Shown piece by piece: positions 52,849 to 59,307 of a stretch of 64,000 nucleotides of DNA. The position numbers were made by a program, and so were the translations under genes. Below the pieces are notes generated by a model that was given only the letters and a program-made list of their open reading frames with translations, did not search any database and had not been told where the DNA came from. The stretch lies in sequence record NC_005066.1. The stretch is one strand, 5' to 3'. The stretch's first letter is position 1; every line of letters starts with the position of its first letter. This stretch comes from Escherichia phage RB49.

Positions 52849-53096
52849 GCTGCCCCCATTGGTTTGATAGTAACAGAATCTAAAAGACCTTTGTTAGCCA
52901 GTTCGCGGCAAGTTTTCAGATCCGCAACTTCCCAGCCAGCCGCAATCAGGTTATCAATGAGGCTGTTAGCAACTTCTTCGCTCATGAAAGAGCACTGTTT
53001 GCCGATGGTGTAGCGTACACGCTGTAATTTCAGTTTACGGAAGCCTTTAACGTTCAGGTCTTTAGCGATTTTCTTTGCGGTTTCGATGTTAGCCAT
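52845..53096 (-). CDS. hypothetical early protein (83 aa), first gene of five-gene operon
   Basis: ATG GCT AAC ATC start directly after cassette C. Confidence 0.55.
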   Translation of the reverse strand: MANIETAKKIAKDLNVKGFRKLKLQRVRYTIGKQCSFMSEEVANSLIDNLIAAGWEVADLKTCRELANKGLLDSVTIKPMGAA

Positions 53097-53136
53097 TGTT
53101 TGATTCTCCTAAGTGGTATCTCGTCTTGATGGTTGT

Positions 53137-53165
53137 ATTGTAGGGGAGTTATCCTCCCCTGTCAA
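53137..53165 (-). promoter_or_regulatory. early promoter cassette C (TTGACA-17-TACAAT)
   Basis: spacer is hairpin GGGGAG-loop-CTCCCC. Confidence 0.6.
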
Positions 53166-53179
53166 CACTTTTTATAAAA

Positions 53180-53347
53180 TTATTTGTTAATTTCTGGTGC
53201 GTTGCTAGGATAGTAACCTTCTTTAACTCCGAGGTATTTCGCAACCATCCCTACAATCTTCTGTGCTACTACAATGTCAAATTTCAGATAATCTTCGCCG
53301 TGGGTTTCAACGATATATGCTTCACATGCTGCTTTAGTCTCGAACAT
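53180..53347 (-). CDS. small hypothetical protein (55 aa), duplicate copy 1
   Basis: about 85 percent nt identity to 57506-57673; ORF track entry 53284-53490 reads on through the promoter. Confidence 0.5.
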   Translation of the reverse strand: MFETKAACEAYIVETHGEDYLKFDIVVAQKIVGMVAKYLGVKEGYYPSNAPEINK

Positions 53348-53380
53348 TTTGATTCTCCTATTTCGTTTCGGTATGTGTGT

Positions 53381-53409
53381 ATTATAGGGGATCTCCCGAT
53401 CCCCGTCAA
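53381..53409 (-). promoter_or_regulatory. early promoter cassette D (TTGACG-17-TATAAT)
   Basis: spacer hairpin GGGGATC-loop-GATCCCC. Confidence 0.6.
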
Positions 53410-53422
53410 CAACTTTTTTAGA

Positions 53423-53899
53423 TTATTTGCACCACACTGTAATTTTCTTATCATGTTGGTAGTGAATCCATCGAATATCATCTTTATCAATCATGACAGT
53501 AACATACCCATTTACTAGTGATTTGTCAAAACGGTTATGTAACAGTGCAATATATTGAAAGAATGGTTCTTTTGTATTTGAATATATTCCCTTACCATCA
53601 AACGTCATGACATTTTTGTGAACTTTAAATTCATTACGAAGAACAGCCGTCATTGTCCCGTCTTCATTAGTTTTGAGTTTTAATTCGGATTCTTTGTAAA
53701 AATATGCGTCACGGGCTTTACTTTCTTCCCCGTCTTGTACTCTTACTTCACTAGCATAATCACACTGATAGGTCTTATCTACATTTTCGATCTTTTCTTG
53801 TGTCATATCAAAAAGCGGTGCGACCTTTTTCTTGGCCGCGTGTGCTACGTTGGTCATGGACAGTGCTGCAACAACCGCAATAGCAATAATCTTCTTCAT
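53423..53899 (-). CDS. secreted/periplasmic protein with N-terminal signal peptide
   Basis: MKKIIAIAVVAALSMTNVAHA signal peptide; 158 aa. Confidence 0.6.
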   Translation of the reverse strand: MKKIIAIAVVAALSMTNVAHAAKKKVAPLFDMTQEKIENVDKTYQCDYASEVRVQDGEESKARDAYFYKESELKLKTNEDGTMTAVLRNEFKVHKNVMTFDGKGIYSNTKEPFFQYIALLHNRFDKSLVNGYVTVMIDKDDIRWIHYQHDKKITVWCK

Positions 53900-53929
53900 A
53901 GTATTCTCCTTTTGTTTTGTGTTGGGAGT

Positions 53930-53958
53930 ATCTTAGCGACACTCCCGTTATTTTTCAA
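53930..53958 (-). promoter_or_regulatory. early promoter cassette E (TTGAAA-17-TAAGAT)
   Basis: weaker hexamers; hairpin GGGAGT/ACTCCC overlaps -10. Confidence 0.45.
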
Positions 53959-53964
53959 ATCTTT

Positions 53965-54246
53965 TTATTCGTGATTAGTTTCGATGTTGTGCATTTTGCA
54001 CCAGTTCAACCAATCGCCCAGATCTTGATAGTTGATGCTTTTATCTGCTGCCATCGTTTTTGTCTTGATACCCATATGTGCGTTATGAGTAAGCATTTTT
54101 ACAGTGAACTCAATTTTATCACCTTTAGCTTTAACATCAACCAGTTTGGTCCACTGGCTACCAGCGCCGCGAATGTTCATACCAACGATGTTTCCGATGT
54201 ATGCTTCTTTGTTTTTCAGGATTTCGGTTGCTTTGATGAATTTCAT
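53965..54246 (-). CDS. hypothetical early protein (93 aa)
   Basis: ATG after cassette F. Confidence 0.55.
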   Translation of the reverse strand: MKFIKATEILKNKEAYIGNIVGMNIRGAGSQWTKLVDVKAKGDKIEFTVKMLTHNAHMGIKTKTMAADKSINYQDLGDWLNWCKMHNIETNHE

Positions 54247-54279
54247 TTTTGATTCTCCAGTTCGTTTCGGTATGGGTGT

Positions 54280-54308
54280 ATTATGCTATGTTCTTACTTT
54301 GGTGTCAA
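54280..54308 (-). promoter_or_regulatory. early promoter cassette F (TTGACA-17-CATAAT)
   Basis: consensus -35, conserved leader ACACCCATACCGAAACGA. Confidence 0.65.
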
Positions 54309-54315
54309 CAACTTT

Positions 54316-54585
54316 TTAGATATTTTCAGAAATAAATTTTAAAACTTGACGTAAATGTTTCTCATCTTTGATAGTCGCCGGAAGTTCTTCTTTTACTTCC
54401 TGTGCAAGATAGATATTTCCGTTCCAAGTGAAAGATCCGTCTTCGTTTACGCGATAGCTGAACATCCACTCGCAATCATTTTCGATTTCATATACACACA
54501 GAAGGGTGTAATCGTTAAAGCTAGTGATTTCAAGGTCGAAGCCGTGACGTTTTGCAAAGTTGGTAGTGGTTTTAGTCAGTGCCAT
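54316..54585 (-). CDS. hypothetical early protein (89 aa)
   Basis: ATG after cassette G. Confidence 0.55.
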   Translation of the reverse strand: MALTKTTTNFAKRHGFDLEITSFNDYTLLCVYEIENDCEWMFSYRVNEDGSFTWNGNIYLAQEVKEELPATIKDEKHLRQVLKFISENI

Positions 54586-54625
54586 TGTTTGATTCTCCTA
54601 AGTGGTATCTCGTCTTGATGGGTGT

Positions 54626-54654
54626 ATTATGCTATAGTCGTGATCTGGTGTCAA
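54626..54654 (-). promoter_or_regulatory. early promoter cassette G (TTGACA-17-CATAAT)
   Basis: consensus -35; follows terminator hairpin. Confidence 0.65.
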
Positions 54655-54684
54655 CAACTTTTTTAAATTTTTGGAAATAAAAAA

Positions 54685-54702
54685 GCCGACACTAAGGTCG
54701 GC
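54685..54702 (-). terminator. intrinsic terminator (minus strand)
   Basis: GCCGAC-loop-GTCGGC then T-run on minus strand. Confidence 0.6.
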
Positions 54703-54707
54703 ACATT

Positions 54708-55019
54708 TTAAAAATTCTTGCTATATATGCAAGCCTCATAATCTAGAGGATGACCGCCAATCCTACCAGGCTTAATATTCCAACCGCATCGATATTTTCT
54801 GACCATGCTAACCGTTTCGGTTCTTAGAGCATTTCTTTGCAAATCATACCCCCTAAATTCTTGTCTATAAGGACAGTCCGCTTTGCAAGTTGGCGGTTCT
54901 ACGTCATTTAGCGGGTCGGAAGCAGTTGGCTTTATTATCAATTCTTTGTTTGCAATAATCATAAGCACATCCCATTGAAGACAATTTAACATCTTCGCAA
55001 TAAGTGTTGAATCCGTCAA
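54708..55019 (-). CDS. Cys-rich hypothetical protein (overlaps next ORF; possible frameshifted gene)
   Basis: 103 aa ORF overlapping 54904-55095 in another frame. Confidence 0.35.
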   Translation of the reverse strand: MTDSTLIAKMLNCLQWDVLMIIANKELIIKPTASDPLNDVEPPTCKADCPYRQEFRGYDLQRNALRTETVSMVRKYRCGWNIKPGRIGGHPLDYEACIYSKNF

Positions 55020-55095
55020 ATACGATCACTTCGTATTTGACTCCATCAGCGATAGCTTTTACTTTATACCATCCATGCTTGTATAAAATCTTCAT
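54904..55095 (-). CDS. Cys-rich hypothetical protein (63 aa)
   Basis: ATG after cassette H with GAGGA RBS. Confidence 0.45.
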   Translation of the reverse strand: MKILYKHGWYKVKAIADGVKYEVIVFDGFNTYCEDVKLSSMGCAYDYCKQRIDNKANCFRPAK

Positions 55096-55127
55096 CTTTA
55101 TTTCCTCAATCTCGTTTCGATGGGTGT

Positions 55128-55157
55128 ATTATGCTATAGGCTAGACCAGGTTGTCAA
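55128..55157 (-). promoter_or_regulatory. early promoter cassette H (TTGACA-18-CATAAT)
   Basis: consensus -35. Confidence 0.6.
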
Positions 55158-55188
55158 CAACTTTTTTAATTTTTTGGGAAATAAAAAA

Positions 55189-55206
55189 GCCGACGCTAAG
55201 GTCGGC
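55189..55206 (-). terminator. intrinsic terminator (minus strand)
   Basis: GCCGAC-loop-GTCGGC then T-run; near-identical to hairpin at 54685. Confidence 0.6.
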
Positions 55207-55214
55207 TAATAAAA

Positions 55215-55523
55215 TCATTTGGACAAATAATCATTCTGTGCAATCCGGTCGGCGTATGCTGGTGTTATGTCAATCGCCAGCACTTTAACGCGTGCTTTCT
55301 TGCGACCTGGGTTTTCTCGTAACCAGTGCTCATGACCGTGAACATTTTTATACTTTGATGCTTCTTCAAATGTACGGATCGGACCTGGGTAATCAGCGTA
55401 AAGGATCTCTAGGTCTTCGGTGATGTAAAAATATACATCGTAATTACTGTTCTCTAGTTTAAGCAGAGAGTTGCGAAATTGTGGTAAATTCTCGCGGGTA
55501 AATTCAACTACAAGATTTTTCAT
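55215..55523 (-). CDS. hypothetical protein, HxHW...VLAVDV-motif family, paralog 1
   Basis: VYFYITEDL ... HGHEHWLREN ... VLAIDI. Confidence 0.6.
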   Translation of the reverse strand: MKNLVVEFTRENLPQFRNSLLKLENSNYDVYFYITEDLEILYADYPGPIRTFEEASKYKNVHGHEHWLRENPGRKKARVKVLAIDITPAYADRIAQNDYLSK

Positions 55524-55552
55524 AGTGATATCCTCATTCAGATAGATTAAAA

Positions 55553-55567
55553 GGGGCTTAACGCCCC
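55553..55567 (-). terminator. hairpin terminator (minus strand)
   Basis: GGGGC-loop-GCCCC then U-rich on minus strand. Confidence 0.45.
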
Positions 55568-55574
55568 CCGTATA

Positions 55575-55862
55575 TTAAAACAGTCCTTCCTGTACACCGT
55601 AGTAGAGTTCGTCACTGATAATTTCATTAATGCGACGGTGTGCATATTCCTGATTTGCGAAGTTATCAGCAAGTTCTACTTTAGTTTCGCCGTCATGAGT
55701 CCATTTAGTGATAACTTTACCATCTGCAAATTTGAAGTTGAACTCTTTAGCTACTGCATCGCGTACCAGACGTGCGAACTTGTTGTTACGGATGGCATTA
55801 TCGGTTTCGTGTGCAGCGTGAGCGAATTTGTTAACTTTCAGAGTGATAGTAATGTATGCCAT
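55575..55862 (-). CDS. hypothetical early protein (95 aa), AKEFN family copy 1
   Basis: RLVRDAVAKEFNFK parallels REVRKALAKEFNTK of 58891-59220. Confidence 0.55.
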   Translation of the reverse strand: MAYITITLKVNKFAHAAHETDNAIRNNKFARLVRDAVAKEFNFKFADGKVITKWTHDGETKVELADNFANQEYAHRRINEIISDELYYGVQEGLF

Positions 55863-55908
55863 AATTTGATTCTCCTAGTTAGAAAGTGTATCTCGTTTCG
55901 ATGGGGAT

Positions 55909-55937
55909 ATTATGCTATATCCCCGATCCGGTGTCAA
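55909..55937 (-). promoter_or_regulatory. early promoter cassette J (TTGACA-17-CATAAT)
   Basis: -10 in loop of GGGGATAT/ATATCCCC hairpin. Confidence 0.65.
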
Positions 55938-55943
55938 CACTTT

Positions 55944-56237
55944 TTATAAAATAATTTTTTGATATTTTTCTATGATGTTTGTGTAGGTCACGTCAACCGC
56001 TAGCACCGTTGCTTCGAATCCACCGTTTAGCCAATGGCTATGATCATGATCGTGAAAGAAACCTAGACCAGTACGAAGACCTTCTTTATATTCTGCGCGT
56101 ACATTCAGTTTGTCGTCGATAAACAGATAAAACCATGAATTTTTACTAGGATTGATGATACAACCTTTCAGATTAGGAAGAATATCACGACTAAGAATAA
56201 ACTTATCACCTACTTTGAACATAATATTAGTCCTCAC
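55944..56237 (-). CDS. hypothetical protein, HxHW family, paralog 2 (probable true start at internal ATG near 56222)
   Basis: WFYLFIDDKL ... HDHDHSHWLNG ... VLAVDV. Confidence 0.55.
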   Translation of the reverse strand: MRTNIMFKVGDKFILSRDILPNLKGCIINPSKNSWFYLFIDDKLNVRAEYKEGLRTGLGFFHDHDHSHWLNGGFEATVLAVDVTYTNIIEKYQKIIL

Positions 56238-56547
56238 TTATAAGGTCAAACCAATTGTTTTTCGCATAATGCTTAATGCGTGCTTGATCTGCTTCCGCTG
56301 GTGATAGATTCCATGCAACCACTACAACTTCTGACGCATCGTCATCCGTTTCTGATACCCAATGATTGTGATTCATACAGTTATTTGCTATCGAGTGAGC
56401 AAATGATTTCATCACTGGAGACGTATAATCATAGTAACGGATTTTCAGATTTTCATCAACGTACAAGTAGATCGTATACGGCTTATATTCAGTAACCAGT
56501 AACAGACAGTTACGCAATTCTGGGAAAATCTTTTTAGTTAATTTCAT
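56227..56547 (-). CDS. hypothetical protein, HxHW family, paralog 3
   Basis: start placed at MKLTKK with GAGGA RBS; TIYLYVDENL ... NHNHWVSE ... VVVVAW; ORF track extends to 56628. Confidence 0.5.
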   Translation of the reverse strand: MKLTKKIFPELRNCLLLVTEYKPYTIYLYVDENLKIRYYDYTSPVMKSFAHSIANNCMNHNHWVSETDDDASEVVVVAWNLSPAEADQARIKHYAKNNWFDLISED

Positions 56548-56548
56548 T

Positions 56549-56767
56549 TTATAATCCTCGGTCTCGGCTATAGTACACGGTACGCCATACAATTTCATGT
56601 TTCGTGTCGCTCCAGCACACGATCTCATTTACTCTTAAATCTTTGTTATCAACAAAAGATGAACATTGTGACGCTTCTTTCATCATTTTATCTGCTGTTT
56701 TCTCATCAAATACAGCACAGATTTCTTTATACACTCGATAATCTTTGAATTGACTCTGAATACCCAT
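56549..56767 (-). CDS. hypothetical protein, KMMxxASxC family copy 1
   Basis: start placed at MGIQSQFKDY; paralog of 56727-56990. Confidence 0.45.
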   Translation of the reverse strand: MGIQSQFKDYRVYKEICAVFDEKTADKMMKEASQCSSFVDNKDLRVNEIVCWSDTKHEIVWRTVYYSRDRGL

Positions 56768-56990
56768 AATTAACACCATTCCAACCAATTGTTTTTGAGA
56801 AAACGTTTATCCACTGTTGAGTGTAGCATGTTTCTTTCCATGATACAATACGAGTGGAATAATGGTTTTTGTTTCCAGAAAAGGACGGGCATTTTGATGC
56901 ATCTTCCATCATCTTTTCGGCGAACTCTGGTGCGTATACTCGCAGGATCTGTTGATATGCTTTGTATTCTTTAAATTTGCTCATAATCAT
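56727..56990 (-). CDS. hypothetical protein, KMMxxASxC family copy 2
   Basis: MSKFKEYKAY...AEKMMEDASKCPSF; 3' end overlaps next gene by about 40 nt. Confidence 0.5.
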   Translation of the reverse strand: MIMSKFKEYKAYQQILRVYAPEFAEKMMEDASKCPSFSGNKNHYSTRIVSWKETCYTQQWINVFSKTIGWNGVNYGYSESIQRLSSV

Positions 56991-57249
56991 TCACTACCTT
57001 ATCAGCTTCTTTTGTTGTTTTTACATCAACTGCGATAACTCGTAAAGGTTCGTCATGGTTCCACCAGTGGTCATGAATATCAGCTTGTGATTTATCACCA
57101 AAGGAATCACGAATATCATTTTTACATTTATAGCTAATGTGACCTTCATAGTCAACATAAAGGTAATTATCGAAAATCGGCGTTTTTAAGATCATACCGA
57201 AAAATCTTTCTTTGTGTGTCTTATCCAGCGTTGCAGTAATTCGCATCAT
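56971..57249 (-). CDS. hypothetical protein, HxHW family, paralog 4
   Basis: NYLYVDYEGH ... HDHWWNHDE ... VIAVDV. Confidence 0.55.
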   Translation of the reverse strand: MMRITATLDKTHKERFFGMILKTPIFDNYLYVDYEGHISYKCKNDIRDSFGDKSQADIHDHWWNHDEPLRVIAVDVKTTKEADKVVNDYEQI

Positions 57250-57261
57250 AATATATTCCTC

Positions 57262-57441
57262 TTAGAAAGGGATGGTCATTTCTTGAGCTTGTACATTCTC
57301 GTTAGGATTAAACTTCATCCAGCCGATATTGTCTACCAGCATATGCACATTTTTATCATATCCTACGTGAGTAGTCAACACTAAATGTGCTTTACCTTCA
57401 ATGATGAGTTCCATGTACTTCTGAACTTCGATAGCTTTCAT
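57262..57441 (-). CDS. hypothetical early protein (59 aa)
   Basis: ATG after cassette K; below ORF-track cutoff. Confidence 0.45.
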   Translation of the reverse strand: MKAIEVQKYMELIIEGKAHLVLTTHVGYDKNVHMLVDNIGWMKFNPNENVQAQEMTIPF

Positions 57442-57473
57442 TTTGATTCTCCGTTTGTTGTCTTGATGGGAGT

Positions 57474-57502
57474 ATCTTACTACTCCATTTAATCATTGTC
57501 AA
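57474..57502 (-). promoter_or_regulatory. early promoter cassette K (TTGACA-17-TAAGAT)
   Basis: consensus -35; hairpin GGAGTA/TACTCC overlaps -10. Confidence 0.5.
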
Positions 57503-57505
57503 CTA

Positions 57506-57673
57506 TTATTTGTTAATTTCTGGTGCGTTGCTCGGATAGTAACCTTCTTTAACACCTAGATATTTTGCAACCATTCCGGTGATCTTCTGTGCTACTACGA
57601 TATCGAATTTCAGGTAGTCTTCACCGTGGTTTGCTACAATGTATGCTTCGCATTCTGCTTTAGTCTGGAACAT
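57506..57673 (-). CDS. small hypothetical protein (55 aa), duplicate copy 2
   Basis: near-identical to 53180-53347 protein; ORF track entry extends through promoter. Confidence 0.5.
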   Translation of the reverse strand: MFQTKAECEAYIVANHGEDYLKFDIVVAQKITGMVAKYLGVKEGYYPSNAPEINK

Positions 57674-57707
57674 TTTTGATTCTCCTATATCTCGTTGGTA
57701 TGTGTGC

Positions 57708-57736
57708 ATTATAGGGGATCACCGATCCCCTGTCAA
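57708..57736 (-). promoter_or_regulatory. early promoter cassette L (TTGACA-17-TATAAT)
   Basis: spacer is perfect hairpin GGGGATC-GGT-GATCCCC. Confidence 0.7.
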
Positions 57737-57741
57737 CAACT

Positions 57742-58035
57742 TTATAATGCTTTATATGCGTATTTCATAAATTTGTCTGCCACTTCATTGGCATGTTCAG
57801 ATTCTACGCCTGATTCGAGAACAATAGCTAGGTCGGTTTCGTCATTCCCGCCGTACCAATGATTTGATGTTCGATTTTTTTCAATTGGAAATTGGTCACT
57901 TTTATCTGTGCGACAAAATACATCTAAATGCTCGTCGATGTAAAAGATCCAATCTTCATAAAGAATAACGGTATTAGCAAGATTTTTATTGCCTTCAACG
58001 AAAGGTTCCGCGACAAATAGCTTAGTTTGTTCCAT
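57742..58035 (-). CDS. hypothetical protein, HxHW family, paralog 5
   Basis: start placed at MEQTKLF with GAGGA RBS; WIFYIDEHL ... SNHWYGGNDE; ORF track extends to 58092. Confidence 0.5.
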   Translation of the reverse strand: MEQTKLFVAEPFVEGNKNLANTVILYEDWIFYIDEHLDVFCRTDKSDQFPIEKNRTSNHWYGGNDETDLAIVLESGVESEHANEVADKFMKYAYKAL

Positions 58036-58051
58036 AGTAATTTCCTCAAAA

Positions 58052-58243
58052 TTATACAGTTTCGTAAACTTCCCAATGTTCAGCGCCAACACGCTTAACG
58101 AAAAGGTTTTCTTTGATGTTATTCATAAACGTCTGGATGGATTTAATGCGGTTTGAAGGTTTCCATTCTTCGTTGGCATTGCGTCGATACATCATAACAT
58201 TACCAGTTCGCTTATATTCAGCAACCATTTTAAGACCACACAT
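58052..58243 (-). CDS. hypothetical protein (63 aa)
   Basis: ATG with GAGGA RBS. Confidence 0.4.
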   Translation of the reverse strand: MCGLKMVAEYKRTGNVMMYRRNANEEWKPSNRIKSIQTFMNNIKENLFVKRVGAEHWEVYETV

Positions 58244-58300
58244 AATATTATCCTCAATTTGTGGGAGAGTATTACCCCTCCCAATGATTGTTATGTTATA

Positions 58301-58621
58301 TCACACAAAATGGCGTGTCAATGCTTCTTTTGCGGTTCCGCTAAGACTTTCAATCTCGCCTGGCATAACATCAACCGCCAGAACTTCTACAACATCCTCG
58401 GACCCTAACCAGTGAGTATGGCCTTTGTAGAACTTGATAACCAGACCACCTTCCTCGTCCCATTTAACGCTATCGCTAGCCCACCACACATCACCGTCGA
58501 TAAAGTTGATGTAAAGCACACTACGCCACATTGAATTAATTACTTTCAATACTGCGCCTTTCATCTCTTCCACGGTATGGTCTTCCATTTTGAAGACCTC
58601 ACCTACCTGAACTTTTGCCAT
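58301..58621 (-). CDS. hypothetical protein, HxHW family, paralog 6
   Basis: VLYINFIDGD ... KGHTHWLGSED ... VLAVDV. Confidence 0.6.
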   Translation of the reverse strand: MAKVQVGEVFKMEDHTVEEMKGAVLKVINSMWRSVLYINFIDGDVWWASDSVKWDEEGGLVIKFYKGHTHWLGSEDVVEVLAVDVMPGEIESLSGTAKEALTRHFV

Positions 58622-58638
58622 TTAGTCACCTCTCTTTA

Positions 58639-58818
58639 TTACATAACAATCACGCCAGCCGTTGAAAGTTGATGTTTCAACTGAGCATTTTCTGCTACCG
58701 TCAAATCAATGATTTCTTGTGACGCTGCAATCATATAGCCATTGGTGATATTGTTTTGCATCAGTTCAATGGTTTCTTCGTTGTAGCGGATTTTAGCGAT
58801 GATTTCGTTGAAGTTCAT
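58639..58818 (-). CDS. hypothetical early protein (59 aa)
   Basis: start placed at MNFNEIIAK after cassette M; ORF track entry 58639-58884 reads through promoter. Confidence 0.45.
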   Translation of the reverse strand: MNFNEIIAKIRYNEETIELMQNNITNGYMIAASQEIIDLTVAENAQLKHQLSTAGVIVM

Positions 58819-58852
58819 AATTGATTCTCCTAGTTCGTTTCGGTATGTGTGT

Positions 58853-58881
58853 AGTATAGGGGATCGGTGATCCCCTGTCAA
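58853..58881 (-). promoter_or_regulatory. early promoter cassette M (TTGACA-17-TATACT)
   Basis: spacer hairpin GGGGATC-ACC-GATCCCC. Confidence 0.6.
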
Positions 58882-58890
58882 CAACTTTTT

Positions 58891-59220
58891 TTAAAGTTTT
58901 TCCATGATAACGGTCATAATTACATCTTCTGCGCGAGCTGTCAGATTATCAGCGTCAGCATGTGGGCGGTTGGTTGTTACAGAGATAACACCGTTGCGCA
59001 CTGGTTTGATATTGATATCAAGATGATCCGCGAAACGTTCGTGATCCGCGAAACGTTCGCCAGTTACAGAATGAATTTTGGTGTTAAATTCTTTTGCCAG
59101 TGCCTTGCGAACTTCACGAATCAGGATAGCGTTTTTCAGTTGGTTCTCCGCGCTCATGGTCTTCTGGGTGTTCATGGTTCCGTCGAAGTCAATCATTGGC
59201 AGCGTTACGATGTATTTCAT
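58891..59220 (-). CDS. hypothetical early protein (109 aa), AKEFN family copy 2, with internal ERFADH tandem duplication
   Basis: paralog of 55575-55862; contains 18 bp tandem repeat. Confidence 0.55.
   Translation of the reverse strand: MKYIVTLPMIDFDGTMNTQKTMSAENQLKNAILIREVRKALAKEFNTKIHSVTGERFADHERFADHLDINIKPVRNGVISVTTNRPHADADNLTARAEDVIMTVIMEKL
59025..59060. repeat. 2 x 18 bp tandem direct repeat (GATCCGCGAAACGTTCGT / ...GC)
   Basis: 17 of 18 identical; in-frame within CDS 58891-59220. Confidence 0.75.
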
Positions 59221-59265
59221 TTTTGATTCTCCGTTTAAGAAAGTGTGTTTCGTTTTGATGTGTGT

Positions 59266-59294
59266 AGTATAGGGGATACGTGATCCCCTGTCAA
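59266..59294 (-). promoter_or_regulatory. early promoter cassette N (TTGACA-17-TATACT)
   Basis: spacer hairpin GGGGAT-loop-ATCCCC. Confidence 0.6.
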
Positions 59295-59307
59295 CAACTT
59301 TTTTGAA

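Noticed and set aside
53284-53490. ORF-track entries whose N-termini read ...RSPIIHTYRNEIGES... (also 57506-57709 and 58639-58884)
   Set aside because: The shared peptide is a translation of the repeated promoter cassette; the real genes start at ATGs downstream of the cassette (53347, 57673, 58818).
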